A DNA stretch of 64,000 nucleotides. Source: Candidatus Woesearchaeota archaeon. GTDB lineage: Archaea; Nanobdellota; Nanobdellia; Woesearchaeales; UBA11576. The stretch spans positions 375 through 64,374 of the forward strand of contig JAFGJH010000029.1 in the NCBI GenBank assembly GCA_016929255.1. The letters are read 5' to 3'. Of the stretch, positions 1 to 10,972 are shown piece by piece (position 1 is the stretch's first letter; each line of letters opens with the position of its first letter). The notes below the pieces were generated by a model, which did no database searches, was not told where the DNA came from, and saw only the letters and a program-made list of their open reading frames with translations. Made by a program: the position numbers and the translations under genes.

Positions 1-910
1 CACCGACCTCAAACTCTGTGCCTGCTGAAGTGACTTCAGCAGTAAGGTCAGGCCTCCTGACCTCAGTGCCAGGCTTGTAGAGCAGGACGGTGGTGGATGC
101 CACGTTATTGTCCTCGTTCCACTCAGGGACATTGTCCCCGTAATCCGCGACAATCGTGGGCCTTACTGAAGTCGGCAGTATCGATCCTGGAAGATGCAGC
201 AAGGATAATGCAGGGTATGTAAAGCTGATTGTGCCAACAAACGTCTCTCCTGCATCAAGCGCAACAGTGTCGGATATCATCGGCTTGATCTTTGAGACCG
301 AACCAGCAGGGAGGCGGAAAGGCAGCAAAGTCCTGTTAGCATAGTCCGGATAGAATGCATAAGTGAACTTAGCAGGCTTTGTCCCGACATTCTTTATACC
401 AAACTTGAAATTGACAGTCTCGCCTAAAGCGACCTTCTTCCTGTCAGGCTCGATTGAGAGAACTGTCAGGTCAGCCATCCTGAGCACAGGTATCCTTGGC
501 TCAATATGGATGTCAGGTCTAAGGTCCAGGGAAGGCAGGCTTGAATCATCGTCTTCTGTATCGTCTATGCTGGGCAATGCGCAGTCATCACTTCCATCAC
601 TTCCGTCATCTACAGGCAGTGCAGGGATAGGAATCCCGGGCGCCAGAGGCACCTTAGGAATGTCTGTCTGAGGTATTGCAGGCTCTATAGGAACCTTGGG
701 AGTCTCATAGATGGGCTTTATTGTCTTTGTTATTGTCTTTATTGAAACAGCCGGCTCTGTCTTAACAAGCATCTTAGACGTCGCATTGGCTGTGTAGTCT
801 TTGTCTACAGGCTTAAATGCCACCATCTGCAAAGAAAACACGTTGGACGCCAAAATAATCACTAAAAATAGCGCTATAACGGAAATAACCGTTGATTTGC
901 GTTCTTTCAT
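1..910 (-). CDS. secreted CARDB-domain protein (N-terminal part; gene continues beyond window start)
   Basis: Absent from the ORF track because it runs off the window. Reverse-strand ATG at 908-910 sits behind a GGAGGT Shine-Dalgarno (agggaggttttaagATG). Translation starts MKERKSTVISVIALFLVIILASNVF (signal/TM). It contains CARDB-like motifs (ADLTVLSIEPDRKKVALGETVNFKFGIKNVGT ... DNVPEWNEDNNVASTTV) and an acidic DGSDGSDD linker. Confidence 0.6.
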   Translation of the reverse strand, partial: MKERKSTVISVIALFLVIILASNVFSLQMVAFKPVDKDYTANATSKMLVKTEPAVSIKTITKTIKPIYETPKVPIEPAIPQTDIPKVPLAPGIPIPALPVDDGSDGSDDCALPSIDDTEDDDSSLPSLDLRPDIHIEPRIPVLRMADLTVLSIEPDRKKVALGETVNFKFGIKNVGTKPAKFTYAFYPDYANRTLLPFRLPAGSVSKIKPMISDTVALDAGETFVGTISFTYPALSLLHLPGSILPTSVRPTIVADYGDNVPEWNEDNNVASTTVLLYKPGTEVRRPDLTAEVTSAGTEFEVG

Positions 911-1103
911 CTTAAAACCTCCCTGTTGAAATCTTGAGCATAATAAATGATTAATTTAGTTATTTGGTAGTGGTGATTATTTTAGTATTTAAATCTTTCG
1001 GTGGTGTAGTTACTATTTAGTGACAAAAACATATAGAATGCCTTTAAAACGCAAAACACAGGAGAAAAAAATGAACAAAAAAACAATATGAAGAGAATAT
1101 CAG

Positions 1104-1319
<216 letters not shown>

Positions 1320-1417
1320 AATAGCACCCCCAGGATTGATATCATATGAAAACCACCCTTTTGCAGCGCAGGGGAAAACAAGTCATATTTAAAATTAATG
1401 TTTTTGTAACTGTTCAG

Positions 1418-1470
1418 ACACGAAAAGAAAAAGAAGAAAGAGAAGCAGAAAAACCAAAAAATAAAGGATT
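1418..1470 (-). terminator. oligo-T tract downstream of the giant surface-protein gene (archaeal-type terminator)
   Basis: The minus strand reads ttattttttggtttttctgcttctctttcttctttttctttt immediately after the stop at 1477. Confidence 0.4.
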
Positions 1471-1476
1471 AAGGGC

Positions 1477-4400
1477 TCAGAGCCCGTGGCCTGGCCTTTT
1501 CTTCTCAACAAAGTAGAGCGCAACCATCACCCCTGCTATGATGGCTATCAGCGTCCCGAAGAGGTACCAGTACCAGGCACCCTTCTGCTCATTGACAACA
1601 GTCTCCGCGGGCGCAGGAGGCGTTGCTGTAGGAGCTGCAGAGGTCTCCGGAGCAGCAGGCGCTGCAGCCTCGCCAACATCAGCAGGAGATTCCCCTTCAG
1701 CAGGAGCTGCAGAAGCAGTCCTCTTGGCAGGAGGAAGCAGGGCAATCTTGGATCCTCCGCTGACAAGTGAGGTCACCTTGACAAGAGCCTTGTTGTATAC
1801 TATGTCAATCAGCTTGACAGTGACATCATCCCTGGTATCACCGTCAAGATTTACATCCTTGCTCTGGCCGATGTAAAGTGTGAAAGACTGAGGCTCACTC
1901 AGCACCTCAAAATCCACAGAAGCCTCGCCCAGGCGGATGACCTTAACATAGTGGTCCTTGGCATCATGCGTGAAATGCATGCTGTCACCGCTCTTCAGCC
2001 CCATCTCTGTCTGGCCGCCGGTGAGGTCGCCCAGTTCAAGGATGGACGTCGTGGTGTAGGAACCGCCACCACCACCGCCACCACCGCCGGTGCTTGCCGC
2101 TGACGTGGTGAAGTTGAACGGCCCTCTTTCAGTGGTATCGACGTTACCCGCCTCATCCCGGCACCGTGTCACATTATAGTAATAAGTCGTCGAAGCGCTC
2201 AAACCGCTCAAAGTGACCGCGCCTGTTGCCGAAATGCTTCCTGCCACCACTGTTCCAAGCAGACTTTCATTAGTCCCATAATTCACGGTGCATATCACAT
2301 TTTCAGTGAACGAGCTTGAAGATACTGTCGCACCGCTTGAGCTTAATGAGGAAGCGGTGAAGTCGTTCGGGACGGCCTGGATCAGATTATCTGTGGTGTA
2401 ATTTGTAGTGACTGTGTTGTTGGCGTTGGTCAAAGTATCCAGTGCAGTAAACGTCAAAGTACATACACTGTTTGCAGCACAGCCGAAATTAGTGCCAGTG
2501 TCATTAACTTCATACAGTCCAGCACCCATCGCAGTCATCGCGACACCTTCAACACTTACAGAGGTCATTCCAGCAGGGCTGTCTGTCGCGGTGACCCTCA
2601 CCATCACATCATCACCTATCTTTGCTTTCGTGACGTTCACGCCAGGGTTGATTACAAGAGGACCGTCGTTGTCTATCTGCAGGTTGGTGGTCGCTGTTCC
2701 GATGTTTCCTGCTCCATCTGTCGCGGTAAATGTTATGAGACATGCGCTTGTGCTAATAGCGCAACCCAGACCTGCACCCCCGACAGCGACACCTGCTATT
2801 GACCATGTGTTGCTGGTGCCCTGCCTTGTCATGGCATGCCCGTTGGCAGTGACTGATGCGTTGGTGTTTATCTCATCCACCGTGACATTGAGCGTGACTG
2901 TGTCCGCGCTTCGCCGCAGACTTGAGCTGTTGTATGTGAACGCCACCACCGGTGCAGTATCATCCACCATCACCGTAGTTGTCTCCGTATTGTTGGCATT
3001 GCCTGCCATGTCTGTGGCTGTGAACCCAATTGTGCAGACTGCGTTCGCTGCGCAGCCCAGGGCTGAAGCATTAGTGGTCGCGTTCCAGCTGCTGCCAGTA
3101 TTAGTCAAAGCAACACTGTTGTTACTTACAACAGAAGTCACATTGCTGACATCAGAGACGACTGCTCCGATATACAGCGCGGATGCTGGCTTGACTTCAA
3201 AAGGACTTGCTGAAGGCGCAGTCACGGCAGGATTGGTGTCATCCACATAATAAGATGTGGTCTCAGTATCATTGTAGTTGCCGAGAGTGTCTGAAGCGTT
3301 TATCGTTATTGGGCACGTAGCGTCACCTGAGCATCCGAGGTCGGTCGCATTGAAATTTCCTGACCATGTTCCTGATGTTGTAGTGCCTGAAAGAAGAGAC
3401 ATAGACTGCCCGTTCGCACGGACATCAGCAACAGTTGCAGGATCGGCCACTGTCGCCTGGATGTTTACCACAGTTGAACTGCTTACATTCGTCGCATTGG
3501 TCACGCTGACTCCGCTGACTGAAGGCGGTCCGACATCAACAGTGAATGAAGTGACCACGCTAGTATTGGACTGGTTCCAATAATCTGTAGCGTTGAATGT
3601 TACGGTGCAGGTCCCTGATTCAGTGCATCCCAATGCAGCAGGGGTTGTCGTCAAGTTATAACCAGTCGCGCTGTGGTTGGTCATCGGGACCATTGTTGTG
3701 TAACCTGCTTCGACACTTGACACGTTTGTCGAGTCAGTCACTGTTACATTCAGCAATATCACTGTATTGCTGTTCACTATCCCAGTCACATTACTCTGGT
3801 TGTTAGTCACTGAAGGCGCTGAAGAGTCAGTGCTAAAGTTCCAGACAGTGTAGTTGCTGTTACCAGTATCATCACCATAATCATATGCTGTTATGTTCAA
3901 CACATGGGAACCGTCCCCTAATGGTGCGGTCAGATTGCAATTATAAAGCTCAGATCCAGGAGATGTTGCATTACACGTCACTTCATACCGACTGTCTCCC
4001 GGATTGTAGCTATAACCAGTACCATCAAGATAAACCTGCACCCAGCTTACTTGCGTTCCTGTACCATTGACTGTGAAATTAATCAAAGGCGCCGGACCCC
4101 GGACTGTCGTCATGTTCGGCGCGGGCGAGTTCACAGTTATGGTTGGCGCAACAGTATCTGAAGCGTTGTAGCCTGAGAATCCATTGACCATGAAAGTCAG
4201 GTTGCCGAAAGTACCATTGACTGTTGTGTAAGGCTCATATAGTGTAGTAAATGCTGTTTCATTAATCCCCGCAGCACCCGGATCAGCAACCAATGATGGC
4301 ATTGAGTCAAAAGGCAGACCGTAAAGTGTCAGTATTGCTGTCCTATTAAATGTAGCCACTGCAGACGAATTGAGATATATCCTGCTATTGCCAAATTGGC

Positions 4401-7400
4401 CGTCAGGAGTTATCGTGACATCAATGGAATCAAGGAAACTACCCAATTGCTGGAATGCCTCCTCTGAAGTCAGATTTATGTCAGTGAAGTTGAACTTGGC
4501 AGAACGATGCAACAAGTCATCTGCAACAAGAGCAGGAATTCCGCATGACGTAGAGTAGTTCAGGTCTATGAGCAGGTTCAGGTCTATGTGGTTCCAGTCA
4601 GTCTCTGTACTGAAATCAGTTGAGCCTGCTGCAATCTCACCGCATCCTGCAGGATCACCAGGCATGAGAGTCATGTTGTAGAGCACTACGGTCTCAAAGA
4701 CAATATCAAGACCTCCTTCTTGGGGATTGCCTGCAAAATCATACGCAATAAGAGTTATGTTCTTCGGCTCAAAGTCATAGGAGCTGGTGTCTGATACGCT
4801 CGCATCCACCACCCAAAGCCCAGAATCAGGGGTCATGTTCACTATGGAAACATTAGCGGAAGGTATCTCTGTAAAATTCGCGGTCACGTATGCCACACCA
4901 GTACCTGCATCAGTGTAATTGGCCTCTATCGAAATGACATTATTAGGCGCGAAACCGCTTACCATAATATCAGGCTCATCAAGCGCAGTGTAATCGACTA
5001 CCGGTCCGACAACATCATAAGTGACCGTCCTTGTCGCTGAGCTGCCCGCGTTGCCGTTGATAGTATCTAAGACATTGGAACCCGCCTTATCATAACATGT
5101 GACATTCCATGTGTAGATGCCAGGCGCTGCGAATGACAAAGTCAATGTTGTGGCAGTATCATTAATCGTAGTGTCGTTACCAATCGTCGAGACAGGGGTT
5201 CCTGAAGCGTTGTAGAGTGTCGCGTTGCAGGTAGCGTTGGTCGCAAGATCGTCAGTCACAATGAATACCGCATCAAAAGACCCGACGCTCGTGTTGAAAC
5301 TATCAGCAGGAGATGAAGGCATCACAGAAGGTGCTGTGTTATCCACTATGATGTCAAAAGCCTCTGTATCATTGTACATATATCCGTTCGTTGCGTTTAC
5401 TACGAGGTCGCTCGTCGGACCATCAATGAAACCTGAAAGATAAACAACAGCCCACCATATCGCATTGGTAGGGTCCGCGCCCGACATCACCATCGGCTGA
5501 GCAGCTGTCCCGTTCCATACTGCGACAGCGGTCACGGGCTGCACATCAGTCACGTTCACAGAGAAGTTGAACATGCTGAACATCCTGACATCCGGGTACA
5601 TAGGCATATCTAAAAGAACGCCAGGCATTGAGCAGACCGGAGGAGCGCCGTAAGTGGTCCAGCCGTTCGAGGCGTTATACGGATAACTGTCCACTACATT
5701 GGCCGCGTTCGAGTCCACACCGGCCGTGAATAAAGAACCGCAGGTCGAATGACCCCAATAGTTGCCCTGATTATTATAATACAGGTCTATAGAGATAAGA
5801 GCATAAACACCGTACTCTGAATTGCTGTATATGTTGTTGTGCCACAGCCGGGTCGTGTTGCTGTCCAGCGAAACTCCGCGTCCAGTGTTGCTCGAGACAT
5901 TGTTCCTAGTGATATTATGATTCGTGCCTGCTATGCTCATCCCGCCAATAAAGCAAGAAGTAATAGTATTGTCCTCTATATTATTAGCAGAAGGCGTTCC
6001 CTGGACAGTTATTCCGGTGCTGTTCACATCATACAGGACGTTGGAAGATATGTTCATGCTGTTTATATTGGAAGTATAAACACCACCGATAAGGTTACTG
6101 CTGGCACCAGTCAAGTCATGTAGCGTGTTACCATAAATCAGCCCGTTGCTAGCAGAACCTCCCGTCACCGCAATCCCTGCCTCATTAGCGACACCTAATG
6201 ATGTAGTGTCGTGAACTATATTACTCATGATCTTGAAACCTGTAGCGGCGCCACTGACAAGTATGCCCTGGAATTTGCTCCCGTACACATTGTTGCCAGT
6301 AATGTTCGAACCTGATCCCCCTTCGACCCAAGCACCATAGTAATTATTATAAAGCGTGTTGTTCAGGAGAAGCACGTTGCTGCTGCCCGTAGCATAGATT
6401 CCTGCCTCGACACCGCTGGTGGTGTTGTAGCCATATATTGTGCAGTTCTTTACAGTAACTCCATTGGCAGTTATGTAAACTCCATACTCGTTGCCGCTGC
6501 TCACATAGTCGCCCTGGATGTGATGACCGTTGCAGTCGAGAGTCACGCCTGCAGTAGCTATGTTCAGACCATTGCCCGTGCAGCCAGCCAAGTCAGCAGG
6601 CAGTGTAGTGTCGCTAGTTATTGTGTCGCCGCACTGCAGATTGAGCGCAGCATACACAGTCTTTGTAGACTCTGTATTGTTTACATTGTCAGTAGAATAG
6701 TACTCAAGAGTATTATTGCCCAAAGCATCGATTGTCACTTCAATCGGTCCTGGCCCGCCAGTCACCCATCCTCCTGAGTTGTAATTGTAGCTTATGTTCC
6801 TACATCCCGAGCTACCGTCGCTGCAGGTGAGATTTACAATATACGGCGCACTATGCCAGCCGCCAGTCTCATTCGTCGTAGTCGACGGAGCAGTGCAGTC
6901 AGTCCATCCTGGGAATATGGTTGCAGTAGCAAGGTTGCCTGCAAGGTCCCACACGCGGAGGTTCAGGTTGTAGTCCTGCTCAGCAGTTGAGGTGCTTGTA
7001 GTCGCGATGCAGTATCCGTGAGTGCTATTGCCACTCCAAGAGGTGCTGGTGTTGTGCCATTGGGCTGGCCCGCTCCTGTCCTTCCATTCGCATGAAGATG
7101 TATTGATTCCTGAACCAGTGTCACTGAAATTGGCAGTGATATTGATATCATTCCTATTGCATGCAAGCCAAGTGCCGTAGACATAAGTGAAATTCACCGC
7201 CGTAGTTGCGCCTGCTGTCGGCGGATTGGAATCAAATAGGAAACTGCGGGTTTCAGAAACATTCGTATCGGTCGTATTTGAGCAGGTTATGTTCCAGAAA
7301 TTCGCATCTTCAATGAAAGCTTCGCTGGAATATATTGCGGCCAGAATATCGACCACAACAGATGCCTGTGAACCAACAACCACGCCGTTTAGCGTGAGAT

Positions 7401-7644
7401 TACAGTCGACAGTCCCTGTGAGCTCATTCGTATAATTGAAGGTGAAAGCTAAAGTATCATTGTCTGTGTTCAGGATAGCACTATCCGGCGGAGAAACAAG
7501 ATTCACGATGGCAAGCACATAGCTCACGTTAAGCAGCAAGACCAGGATTGCGAAGACAAGAAGCAATGACTTAGAAGACGCTGAGGCCAATCTGCCTGAA
7601 AAATAATTTAGCACATTTCTTGTCTTTTTCCCCAAGTTCGCCAC
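1477..7644 (-). CDS. giant (2055 aa) cell-surface glycoprotein: N-terminal signal, right-handed beta-helix (pectate-lyase-like PbH1) repeats, multiple Ig-like repeats, Pro/Ala/Thr-rich stalk and C-terminal TM anchor
   Basis: GTG start at 7644; hydrophobic N-terminus LLLVFAILVLLLNVSYVLAIV. Very many N-x-S/T sequons. Repeated beta-helix blocks (NNTLYNNYYGAWVEGGSGSNITGNNVYGS, ITRNNVSSNTGRGVSLDSN, etc.). Repeated about 90-aa Thr/Ser/Asn-rich Ig-like modules ending in CxxxxxCT. A G9 run, then PPAKRTASAAPAEG...TPPAPAETV stalk and WYWYLFGTLIAIIAGVMVALYFVEKKRP C-terminal helix. Confidence 0.85.
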   Translation of the reverse strand: MANLGKKTRNVLNYFSGRLASASSKSLLLVFAILVLLLNVSYVLAIVNLVSPPDSAILNTDNDTLAFTFNYTNELTGTVDCNLTLNGVVVGSQASVVVDILAAIYSSEAFIEDANFWNITCSNTTDTNVSETRSFLFDSNPPTAGATTAVNFTYVYGTWLACNRNDINITANFSDTGSGINTSSCEWKDRSGPAQWHNTSTSWSGNSTHGYCIATTSTSTAEQDYNLNLRVWDLAGNLATATIFPGWTDCTAPSTTTNETGGWHSAPYIVNLTCSDGSSGCRNISYNYNSGGWVTGGPGPIEVTIDALGNNTLEYYSTDNVNNTESTKTVYAALNLQCGDTITSDTTLPADLAGCTGNGLNIATAGVTLDCNGHHIQGDYVSSGNEYGVYITANGVTVKNCTIYGYNTTSGVEAGIYATGSSNVLLLNNTLYNNYYGAWVEGGSGSNITGNNVYGSKFQGILVSGAATGFKIMSNIVHDTTSLGVANEAGIAVTGGSASNGLIYGNTLHDLTGASSNLIGGVYTSNINSMNISSNVLYDVNSTGITVQGTPSANNIEDNTITSCFIGGMSIAGTNHNITRNNVSSNTGRGVSLDSNTTRLWHNNIYSNSEYGVYALISIDLYYNNQGNYWGHSTCGSLFTAGVDSNAANVVDSYPYNASNGWTTYGAPPVCSMPGVLLDMPMYPDVRMFSMFNFSVNVTDVQPVTAVAVWNGTAAQPMVMSGADPTNAIWWAVVYLSGFIDGPTSDLVVNATNGYMYNDTEAFDIIVDNTAPSVMPSSPADSFNTSVGSFDAVFIVTDDLATNATCNATLYNASGTPVSTIGNDTTINDTATTLTLSFAAPGIYTWNVTCYDKAGSNVLDTINGNAGSSATRTVTYDVVGPVVDYTALDEPDIMVSGFAPNNVISIEANYTDAGTGVAYVTANFTEIPSANVSIVNMTPDSGLWVVDASVSDTSSYDFEPKNITLIAYDFAGNPQEGGLDIVFETVVLYNMTLMPGDPAGCGEIAAGSTDFSTETDWNHIDLNLLIDLNYSTSCGIPALVADDLLHRSAKFNFTDINLTSEEAFQQLGSFLDSIDVTITPDGQFGNSRIYLNSSAVATFNRTAILTLYGLPFDSMPSLVADPGAAGINETAFTTLYEPYTTVNGTFGNLTFMVNGFSGYNASDTVAPTITVNSPAPNMTTVRGPAPLINFTVNGTGTQVSWVQVYLDGTGYSYNPGDSRYEVTCNATSPGSELYNCNLTAPLGDGSHVLNITAYDYGDDTGNSNYTVWNFSTDSSAPSVTNNQSNVTGIVNSNTVILLNVTVTDSTNVSSVEAGYTTMVPMTNHSATGYNLTTTPAALGCTESGTCTVTFNATDYWNQSNTSVVTSFTVDVGPPSVSGVSVTNATNVSSSTVVNIQATVADPATVADVRANGQSMSLLSGTTTSGTWSGNFNATDLGCSGDATCPITINASDTLGNYNDTETTSYYVDDTNPAVTAPSASPFEVKPASALYIGAVVSDVSNVTSVVSNNSVALTNTGSSWNATTNASALGCAANAVCTIGFTATDMAGNANNTETTTVMVDDTAPVVAFTYNSSSLRRSADTVTLNVTVDEINTNASVTANGHAMTRQGTSNTWSIAGVAVGGAGLGCAISTSACLITFTATDGAGNIGTATTNLQIDNDGPLVINPGVNVTKAKIGDDVMVRVTATDSPAGMTSVSVEGVAMTAMGAGLYEVNDTGTNFGCAANSVCTLTFTALDTLTNANNTVTTNYTTDNLIQAVPNDFTASSLSSSGATVSSSSFTENVICTVNYGTNESLLGTVVAGSISATGAVTLSGLSASTTYYYNVTRCRDEAGNVDTTERGPFNFTTSAASTGGGGGGGGGSYTTTSILELGDLTGGQTEMGLKSGDSMHFTHDAKDHYVKVIRLGEASVDFEVLSEPQSFTLYIGQSKDVNLDGDTRDDVTVKLIDIVYNKALVKVTSLVSGGSKIALLPPAKRTASAAPAEGESPADVGEAAAPAAPETSAAPTATPPAPAETVVNEQKGAWYWYLFGTLIAIIAGVMVALYFVEKKRPGHGL

Positions 7645-7710
7645 CTCTTTAACAATGACAGGTCAGAAGACTGACTCTTCAAACCCCCATCAAAGACCAA
7701 AAGAACATTC

Positions 7711-7719
7711 ATTTATAAA
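7711..7719 (-). promoter_or_regulatory. TATA-box-like element upstream of the giant surface-protein gene
   Basis: atttataaa lies 67 nt upstream of the GTG start at 7644, in a 115-nt intergenic gap. Confidence 0.3.
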
Positions 7720-7759
7720 CATTTCGGTAATAAAGGAATAAACGGAAACAATCCAAAAA

Positions 7760-10700
7760 TCATGCCTCCGGCTCCTCCCCTATCTCTTCCACAGCCTTCA
7801 AGACAGCCAATCTCAGGTCTCGTGGCCAGGTCTTCTCTATCTCTTTGCTGTAGGTGTGCAGCGCCTTCAGCACATCAGGCCGTATGCCTGTGCGCTCGCC
7901 CTCAAGCATCCTGACAATCTCCTTCTTCGCGAACATGGGCACGCGCTTGAGGTTCCAGGCCTGCTTGATCAGCCGCTGCTTCGTGGACTCGTGTCCGGTA
8001 TCAACCTCGATGCCTTTCCACAGGTCCTCATACACCTTCTTGGTGTCCTCGTCAAAGCTGTCCTTCCTTCCCTGCTCAAGGGATATCTTCGCAAGCACGA
8101 GCTTGTGCATGCGCTTCAGGAACTCTATCCTGTCCTCCATGCGTATCATGTCCATGTGGCCCTGCAGCACAAGGTTGAAAGCGAAAGGGCTCGGGATTGC
8201 AGTATCAATGCCCTTCACGGAGATGCTGTGGTTCTCTATCATGCGGATCACACGTGTGGCATTCTCGATGTCCATAAGGTCCTCGAGCACCTCACGCCTT
8301 GCCTCCTTCAGCACAGGGAAGTCCTTTGATATCCTCTTCACAGCAGACATGAGTATCATTGAGGAGACCTGCTGCCTGCCGACTTTCTTCTGGTGCCCCT
8401 TATAGCTCCTTAGTATCATGAGCGCACGGCCTGCGCAGTGGCGGAACCTCCTGCTCAGCACCTGCGTCCTGTCTATCGCCATGTTGAGCAGCTCATCGAG
8501 CCTCCTGGACTCGAGCAGGGAGAGAGCACGCGCAGCAGGCAGGTTCTTCTTAGCGGCAAGGTAGAAACCGTTGTCAGTCACGCCGATCTCCACATCCTTC
8601 TTCTGGGTCTTGGATATCACGAAAGCGACTGCCCTCGAGAGGCAGTCATTCACCCTCCTGCCGAACATTGTGTGGAACACAGCATATTTCTTATCCTCAT
8701 CGAAATAATGCTCGATCACTATCTCCTTGTCTGTAGGTATCAGCGCGAAGTCATACTGCTCACGCATGTACTCATAGATGGCGTTCGCTGCGTTGTCGTC
8801 TACATAAAGATGCGAATTTATGAACGCAAGAATGTCCTTCCTGGACATCTTGGCCTCGAACTTCTCGCGCATCAGGCGCCTGAACCTGCCGACCTCCTGC
8901 GCAAGGTCAAAGCTGAGGGGCAGCATCTCAGAGAACCACGACGGAACAGTCGGCTTCTTTCCCACAGCAGCCCTGACCTGGGCGACAGTGCCGCGGGAGA
9001 AAAGGAACTCATATGTTGAGCCGCCGAGAATGAACACGTCCCCGCGCTTCAGGCGCTCAAGGAACGCCTCGTCTATCATACCTATGACCTCTGCACCTAC
9101 CTTCACAGTCACGCCAGTCTCGTCAGGTATCGTGCCGATGTTAGTCATGTAAAGAACCCTGGCGAGCTTGCCCTTCCTGCCGACCATGCCTGTCTCAAGG
9201 TCATACCATATCTTCGCATAAACATGCCTGTCCTCGAGAGAGACATGCTCACCTGAAAGATAGCGTATGACTGAGTAAAAATCCTCGCTTTCAAGGCTTC
9301 GATAGCAATAACTCTTCTTGATGAGAGCAAGAAGCTCAGAGACGTGCATCTTCTCACTGATGCAGATGCCGTATATCTGCTGCGCTAGCACATCGAGGCA
9401 GTTGCTCGGGATGTGTATCCTGTCTATCTTTTTCTCCACAGCACTCTTGAGAAGGACAGAGCACTCGACGAGATCATCGCGGTCGAGCACTATGATGCGG
9501 CCCTTTGTTGTCGCATGCAGCTGGTGGCCTGAGCGGCCGACGCGCTGGAGCGCGCGGGCTACTGACTTGGGGGAGCCGAGGAGTATCACAAGGTCTATGT
9601 AACCGATGTCAATGCCTAGCTCAAGTGATGTGGAGCAGACGACGCACTTGATCTTTCCCTGGCGCAGGCCTTCCTCTATCCTATGACGATGGGTCTTCGA
9701 CAGCGATCCGTGGTGCGCTCCGATGGCGGTGACCTTCTTGTACTCTTTCTCGTCCAGGATGTTCGGTATTTCCTCCTGCTCAGCAGGCGATGCCGCAACC
9801 GCCACTTTGCGAGCCGAAACGGAATCAGTCTTTGCGCCCGTCGCGGGGGACGTCTCCGACCGAAGGGAGCGAGATGCCAAAGCCGCAGCTTTGAGCACCC
9901 CATCCGGGGAGGCAGGGCCTGCGAAACCTCCATCAAAAGGCGAGCCTGGCGTTGCGGCATTGCCATCACCATCACCATTCTCAAGCACAACATTGCCTTC
10001 GCTATTCGTTTTCAGCTTTGCCTTGAAGTCATCTTCATCAGCATTAGTAATCACGTCAGTGTAGTTCTTCGGGAAGCGCTCCTTGAGGTAATGGACAATC
10101 CTCTCTGTCGCCGAGCGGGTGTTTGTGAAGATGAGTGTGGTCTTGTGCTGCTGGATCAGGCCGTTGATCAGATCGTACATCCTGTTGTGCATGCCTTCAT
10201 GCGTCGTGTCTATAAGGTCAGGCACCGGAGACAGCACCTTCATGTCTAGCTGCTTTATGAACTGCACATCAACTATCCTGCAGCTGCGCGCTGTGCCAAC
10301 GAGGAACTTAGCCACATCCTCCAACGGCGCTATCGTCGCAGAAAGCCCGACACGGCACATGCCAGGCGAGATGCGCTGCAGCATCTCCATACTCAGGCTC
10401 AGATGCACACCCCTCTTGTTCTCAGCAAGAGCGTGTATCTCGTCGATGATGCCCCACTCGACACTGCTCAGGTGCCTGCGGAAGTTCACAGACTGCAACA
10501 GGATTGCCAGGGATTCAGGTGTCGTGATGAGGATGTGAGGCGGGATCTTCATCATCTTTGCACGCTCTTTGGGTGATGTGTCCCCTGTGCGGACCCCGAC
10601 TCGTATGCCCAGGCGCTTCCCCGCAAGCTTCTCTATCTCCTTCAGGGGATTCCGGAGGTTGTGCTGGATATCATAGTTCAGCGCCTTCAGCGGGGAGATG

Positions 10701-10972
10701 TACACTGCGTAGACCTTGTCCTCCAGCTGCTTCTTCTCAGCAAGGTCCACAAGCTCATTCAATATGGAGAGAAAACCTGTGAGTGTCTTAGTGGCGCCAG
10801 TCGGGGCGGACACGAGAATGTTCTGCCTGCAGTGGATGTCATACACACCGAAGAGCTGCGGCAAAGAGAACTCCTTGAATCGCGAGAAGAACCAGTCCTT
10901 GACAGTGGGTGACAATATCTTGAGCAGTTTGTCTGCTGTTTCAGGCTTTTCCTTGAATTTTATGTCTTGCAT
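7760..10972 (-). CDS. lhr: Lhr-type (large helicase-related) superfamily-2 DEAD/DEAH-box helicase
   Basis: Motif I APTGATKT, motif II DEIH (GIIDEIHAL), motif III SAT (GLSATIAPL), motifs V/[40 protein letters not shown] ... QRVGRSGH, and a long Lhr-like C-terminal domain. About 110 aa of low-complexity sequence ([26 protein letters not shown]...) is inserted between motifs IV and V. Confidence 0.8.
   Translation of the reverse strand: [1070 protein letters not shown]

Noticed and set aside
1486-7435. Many 60-280-aa plus-strand ORFs inside the giant gene (e.g. 2408-3250, 3278-3583, 5839-6123)
   Set aside because: They lie entirely within the well-supported 2055-aa minus-strand gene. Their compositions (Val/Ala/Thr runs mirroring the Thr/Ser/Asn-rich sense strand) are antisense artefacts.
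7854-10912. Plus-strand ORFs of 70-190 aa overlapping the Lhr helicase gene
   Set aside because: They are antisense to a gene with full helicase motif support; Cys/Arg/Ser-rich translations typical of non-coding frames.
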